The position numbers and the translations under genes are program-made. A DNA stretch of 64,000 nt from Paraspadella gotoi (Eukaryota > Animalia > Chaetognatha), in NCBI GenBank assembly GCA_051294375.1, contig CM119266.1, positions 17,912,087 through 17,976,086 on the forward strand, in the 5' to 3' direction. This document shows, one piece after another, positions 59,201 through 64,000 of this stretch. The stretch's first letter is position 1. Each line of letters begins with the position of its first letter. Under the pieces are notes generated by a model that was given only the letters and a program-made list of their open reading frames with translations, was not told the origin of the DNA and did no database searches.

Positions 59201-62200
59201 GATTTTAAGGAGACAGTGCAACTGGAAAAAGAGCAGGACATGATTGTTTTTAAGGAGCAAGTGTGTCTGGAAAAGGAGCAAGAGATGGCTGATCTTAAGG
59301 AGCAAGTGCGTCTGGAAAATGAGCAGGAGATGAATTTTTGTAAGGAGCAAGTTCGTCTGGAAAAGGAGCAGGAAATGACTGATTTTAAGGAAAAAATACG
59401 ACTGGAAAAAGAGCAGGAGATGATTGAACTTAAGGAGACAGTGCGAAAGGAAAAGGAACAGGAGTTAGTTGATGTCAAAGAGCAGTTGCGACTGGCGAAA
59501 GAAGAGAAAATTGCAGTAACGGAAGAAGGGCGACAGGAAAAGGAGCAGTTACGAATCCAAGCCGCCACCTCCGATGCCGAAAAAGCGGAGCTGAGCCAAC
59601 ATGTCATTAACCTTCGGTTAAAGGCTGAAGAGGCTGAGGAGGAACAGAAACAAGCGCGGGTTCAAATTGAGGTAAAGAATTCATTTCATTGATAGTAAAT
59701 AACAATTACGTTCAGTAGCATCCGTCTAGAATTTCTGAGACGGCAAGCTCTGTAACTCGAGTACGAATGATAATTTGAAAGCGAATTTTTGTCGTGTTAT
59801 CGAGTACTCATATGGCTACTCCCCCTTCGGTAAGCCAATAATATTTTATTTATTTCATTCAGACTTTGGAACAGCAAAATGAGAAAGGTAATGACATTTT
59901 GTCTCAACAAACTCGCAACATCGACGAACTGAAAAACCGAATCGAGGAGGGAAACAAGATCGTACAAAACCTTGAAGATCGTCTGAAGGAAATGGATAAG
60001 GAAGCGTCAGCGCTGAAGGATTTCAACCAAAATTTGATGAAAAATAACAAGTCTTTAAAAAGTGAAAAGAAGGTAGATTTCTTTTATCGTTCGATCGTCA
60101 CTTTAATCTCATCGAAGAAATTAATTATTAATTTTGTCAAGGACCTGGAGAATTTCAAGTCGGAATCGATGGCGAAAGAAACGGAACTCGCCCACGCTAA
60201 TGAAGCGTTGAAAGAGCGACTCGTCGTCGAAGTTGGGGAGAAGTCGACGTTGGACAAGAAGCTTCAGAATCTGGAAAGAGAAAAAGAGGAACTCCAAACG
60301 GAGATGGAATCTCTGCTGGTGAAGGAAAAGGAAATGAAAGATCGAATCCAAGTAAGAAAAGAAATGAAATATCTTTTCCTCTTTTATTTATCATTGTTTT
60401 TATTTCCTTTCCTTTTATAAATCTTCAGGGCCTCGAAGAGAACGTCTCCCGCCAGGACGCGACGCAACTCGAAACTGTCGATCAGATCCGAGAATTGCAG
60501 GCTCGACTCGCTCGACGCAAAGAAGAAGCGGCGGCGGCCGAGTCTTCGCTCCGAACAGCGCGCGAGTCTTTGGATGACACCGAAGCCAAATTGCAGCTGG
60601 AGCAGATTACCAAATCCATGTGCTTGAAGAATTTGGAGAAGGACAAAGATAAATTAGCGGGAGAAAACCAGAAGTTGAGCGAGGATCTTAAGGAGAAGAA
60701 TGAGGCCCTCGCTAAAGCCGAGAAGGAGAGGGACGAGCTGCGGGTGAGAGAATATCATCCTTTAATGATTTTTAGGCTTTGGGGTGTTCAACGAATCTCT
60801 CATCTCTCAGGAAACGGTCGAGCATTTGGAGATGGATCGGGAAAATCTGGAAAGGCGCGTTGAAGAGTTAAGGGTGGAGAACGAGGCTTTGTTGTGGGGC
60901 GGATCACCCAAGGAGAACAGCTTCGAAGCCCGAAGGCCTCTGGGCGAAACGTTTAGCCGCGACGAAGGTGGGGGGGGGGACTACGACGAGATTTTTTCTG
61001 TTTCATTGGATTTTATCGTAATACATTGCTTTGTTTCACAATTCAGAGTTGGTCGCTGGAAATACATTCACTCTTAAATCTCAAGTCTCGTCTTCGTCGC
61101 TCGGAGGTAAACGAATAACACTCTTGGTTTTGTTTGGTCAACGAAAAATATAACAATGTTTTCGATTTAGATCTGCCGCCTCAGCCGAGATTGTCCAGCA
61201 GTCGTCAGAACAGCACCTCCAATCTCAAGTCAAAGGTTCCATTTCAATTTTTTTATTTTAGACACAAGTACTATGCTCTTATTCCTTCTTTATTTTATAT
61301 TGACTTTTTTAATTCTACTTTTTATCTCGCCAGACGGGCGAATGCCCGACTTGGGCAAGATGTTAATTCGTTTGCTTCTTTTGACCGTAGTCGTTGTTGT
61401 CGTCGTCGTCACGCTGTTTTAACATTGAACATTGAGTGTTTAACCATAGGAATCAAGATCTTTTACATTCATATGTTTCATATTTCTCCACTCATTTGTT
61501 TGTTTTATTTATAAAATAATTTATAATATATAGATGAGTTCAGCATTTGTTTTATTTACGATGATTGATTATCATCGCATCAATGAATGATTATCATCGC
61601 ATTAATAAATGACTATCATCGCATTAATAAATGACTATCATTGCATCAATAAATGACTGTCATTGCATCAATAAATAACTATCTTTGCATCAATAAATGA
61701 TTATCATTGTATTAATAAATGATTATTATCGCATCAATTAATGACTATCATCGCATCAATTAATGATTATTATCGTATCAATTAATGACTATCATCATAT
61801 CAATTAATGATTATCATCGCATCAATTAATGACTATCATCGCATCGGTGAATGACTATTATCGCATCGGTGAATGACTATCGCATCGGTGAATGACTATC
61901 ATCATTGCATTAATCCTTTGGTTATCATCGTATCAATATTTAGTTATCATTGTATCGATCAATCAATATTATATCAATGAATTAATTATTGTTATATCAC
62001 TAAATTAATTATTATTACATCAATAATTTATTATCGCATCAATCATTTGTATTTTTTTTTCCTAATTTTTTTATTAATTTTCTTTGATAGTAACGACTGG
62101 CGAGAGCACTATACTTTTAAGATTTTTAACCTTCTATATAAGCCTTTTTTTTTTTCTTCATGCAATCCTATTTTATTTTTTCATATTTTTGTTTACCTCT

Positions 62201-64000
62201 GTTGAAATCTCCTTCACCCTATAGAGCGGCTCGAGCCTCCCGTGCGCCCCCTTCCAAATGGATGGCGTCGAAGAGAACGAAGACGAATCGGACGTTTTGC
62301 AGACGCCGGGATTTCTCGCTGGGGAATCTCGTCCAATCGGCCGGAGGTGAGTCTTGGCTTAACGGTTGTTTTCCGGCCGTTCCGAACTCTGTTATAATCG
62401 ACGTTTGCAGAGAGACGATGGCCTTCGGTCAAATCTACAAAAACGATCTCCTCTCGGCTACGTGCGACGATGATGAAAGGCAGCGTCTGGCAGAATTGAA
62501 GCGGCGCAACACCCTCTATCCATCCCATCTCCAATCCGCCTACGCCATGTGAGAGGGGAAGGATGCTCCGTTTGTTGCGGATGCGTCGAGAGATTACCTG
62601 ACCAACTTTCTCCTCCTCGCAGAGAAACGACCTCTTGTCGTCTTAAAGTCAACGAGGCGACGCTACGTCGCGGACAGGACACGCCCACCACGTCACGAGC
62701 CACTAGATCGCGAGTCTCGGCCGAGACCAAATCCGAAAAAACTCCGCCAGAGAAGAAGAAACATCCCGAACCCGTGGCCTTGGAATTCTCGCCTCCGGGT
62801 AGGTAATTCTTATTAATATTCAGTTAATTTTAATCTATACAAAGGATGACGTAAACTTGTTCGTTCTAACTAGCTACCCTTACCAGTGTAGTAGTCTTTT
62901 GTTTATGATTTCGCATTCTAGTATTTCCCCTCGATAGAAAGAAGTCGCTTCTTTTCTCCCCGGGTTTTTCCGATTTTTTTTAGAAATTTTTAGAAATTTA
63001 GTTTGACTGTTTGATTATTTGTGTCATTGTGACCCATGGACTTTCGTCCCGGCCTATTTCAAAAAACCATTTAATCCCAGGCCGCAAAAGCGCGCGAAAC
63101 TCCGCGGCCGGACGAAACCCGAAGCAGCCGGCCCAGCGAACGCAGAGGGCCGTGGCTCCCATGCACAAGGCTGCGGCTTTCGAAATCAGCCCGGGTCCGA
63201 GGCAGACCTCGAAACCTGCCAGGCGCGGTCTCAGAAGGCTCGGGGACAAGAACGAGAAGGTAGCCCTAGTTAAAAAATTTATATATAATTTTATGAGTAT
63301 TCTAATTGTAATTTTTTTTGACACAGGCCGTACCGAGTCCCATTGCGGAGGTGAAGCCCTTGACGACCTCCACGCAACCCGCCACAGTTACCAAAATCTT
63401 TCGTCCCTTTCGGGTCAGTTGAGTTAACTTCCACTTTATAATTTCCGTTTTCGTTGGACAAAAAAATTATCCTTCTTATATATTATTTTTTATTAGTTAC
63501 ATTTGTTTGTTTAATTTTACTAATGTACAGCTCTCCCCTCTGGCCCCTACCTACAGAGAGCGAATCCCGACGACGACATGCTGGACTTGATAAACGAGGC
63601 CGCGGGTCATCGAATAGAGGACCAGGTTTACGACAAACCGATTCCCGAACCGAAAGAGGTTAGTTCTTTAAAATTAAAGGTTCTTTTTATTTATTGGCAA
63701 CCTTTTCCATCATTTTTCCTCCCTCTTTCTTAGAGCGTTTCTAGTCCCAACTCATCCAAACGCAAGCATCCGCCTTCATCTGCCCAATTTTCCGCCCCCA
63801 CCGCTGATCCGACCCCAAGCAAGCGCACTCGAAAGGGGCCGGGTGGCGGTCTGTCGGGGACGCCGATGAAGATGCTCTCCAACCTTCGTCTCAACACCCC
63901 CAAGAAGAAGTTCTTCGGAGAGAGAAAGGCCAAGCGGTCGGAGGCGGCGAGGGCGTTGGCGAGATCGCAGGAGAGTCTTGACGGGGCGGGCGGAGAGTTT
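54466..64000 (+). CDS. NUMA1: NuMA/Mud-like spindle protein (3' partial), many exons
   Basis: Globular N-terminus, very long coiled coil, then RLAELKRRNTLYPSHLQSAYA|IE at ~62480-62630 matching the NuMA/LIN-5/Mud motif, then a basic S/TP-rich tail. Confidence 0.8.
57730..59520 (+). repeat. Coding 45-bp (15-aa) tandem repeat in the NuMA coiled coil
   Basis: LEKEQEMxD(F/L)KExVR units repeated more than 30 times. Confidence 0.93.
61560..62045. repeat. ~20-23 bp minisatellite, same family as 30258-30540
   Basis: aatgactatcatcgcatcaat tandem units ending in the tttggttatcatcg variant. Confidence 0.85.

Noticed and set aside
58412-59350. 312-aa minus-strand ORF and similar antisense ORFs over NuMA, NOB1, DNAJC5 and TDRD5
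   Set aside because: These are shadows of the + strand coding repeats and GC-rich exons; the products are low-complexity with no recognisable domains.

Overview
This is animal (invertebrate-type) nuclear DNA with GC/CpG-rich exons and AT-rich, repeat-laden spliceosomal introns; the taxon cannot be fixed from the window. Fifteen recognisable genes lie in this order: NDUFS7 (3' end), NOB1, MOGS, mitofusin, a PIGBOS1-like microprotein missed by the ORF track, DNAJC5/CSP-like, a tandem-BTB KCTD, FAM120, PSMC2, a 4xLOTUS+Tudor TDRD5-like gene, PRORP, SNAP25-like, DCXR, GINS1 and NuMA-like (5' part). All fifteen, plus three decayed gene-like segments, are on the + strand. Gaps are as short as 99 bp and several start codons have unpaired-looking acceptor sites upstream, so the main candidate system is operon-like or polycistronic organisation with trans-splicing. 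Other notable points: a TG..CA element inserted twice at the same position of a Tc1/mariner-type MITE TIR, a GC-AG intron flanked by an 18-bp duplication, unusually degenerate splice donors, a PRORP that appears to lack its zinc ligands, and a 15-residue repeat expansion in NuMA. Gene identities come from motif recognition and hand splicing, not database searches.
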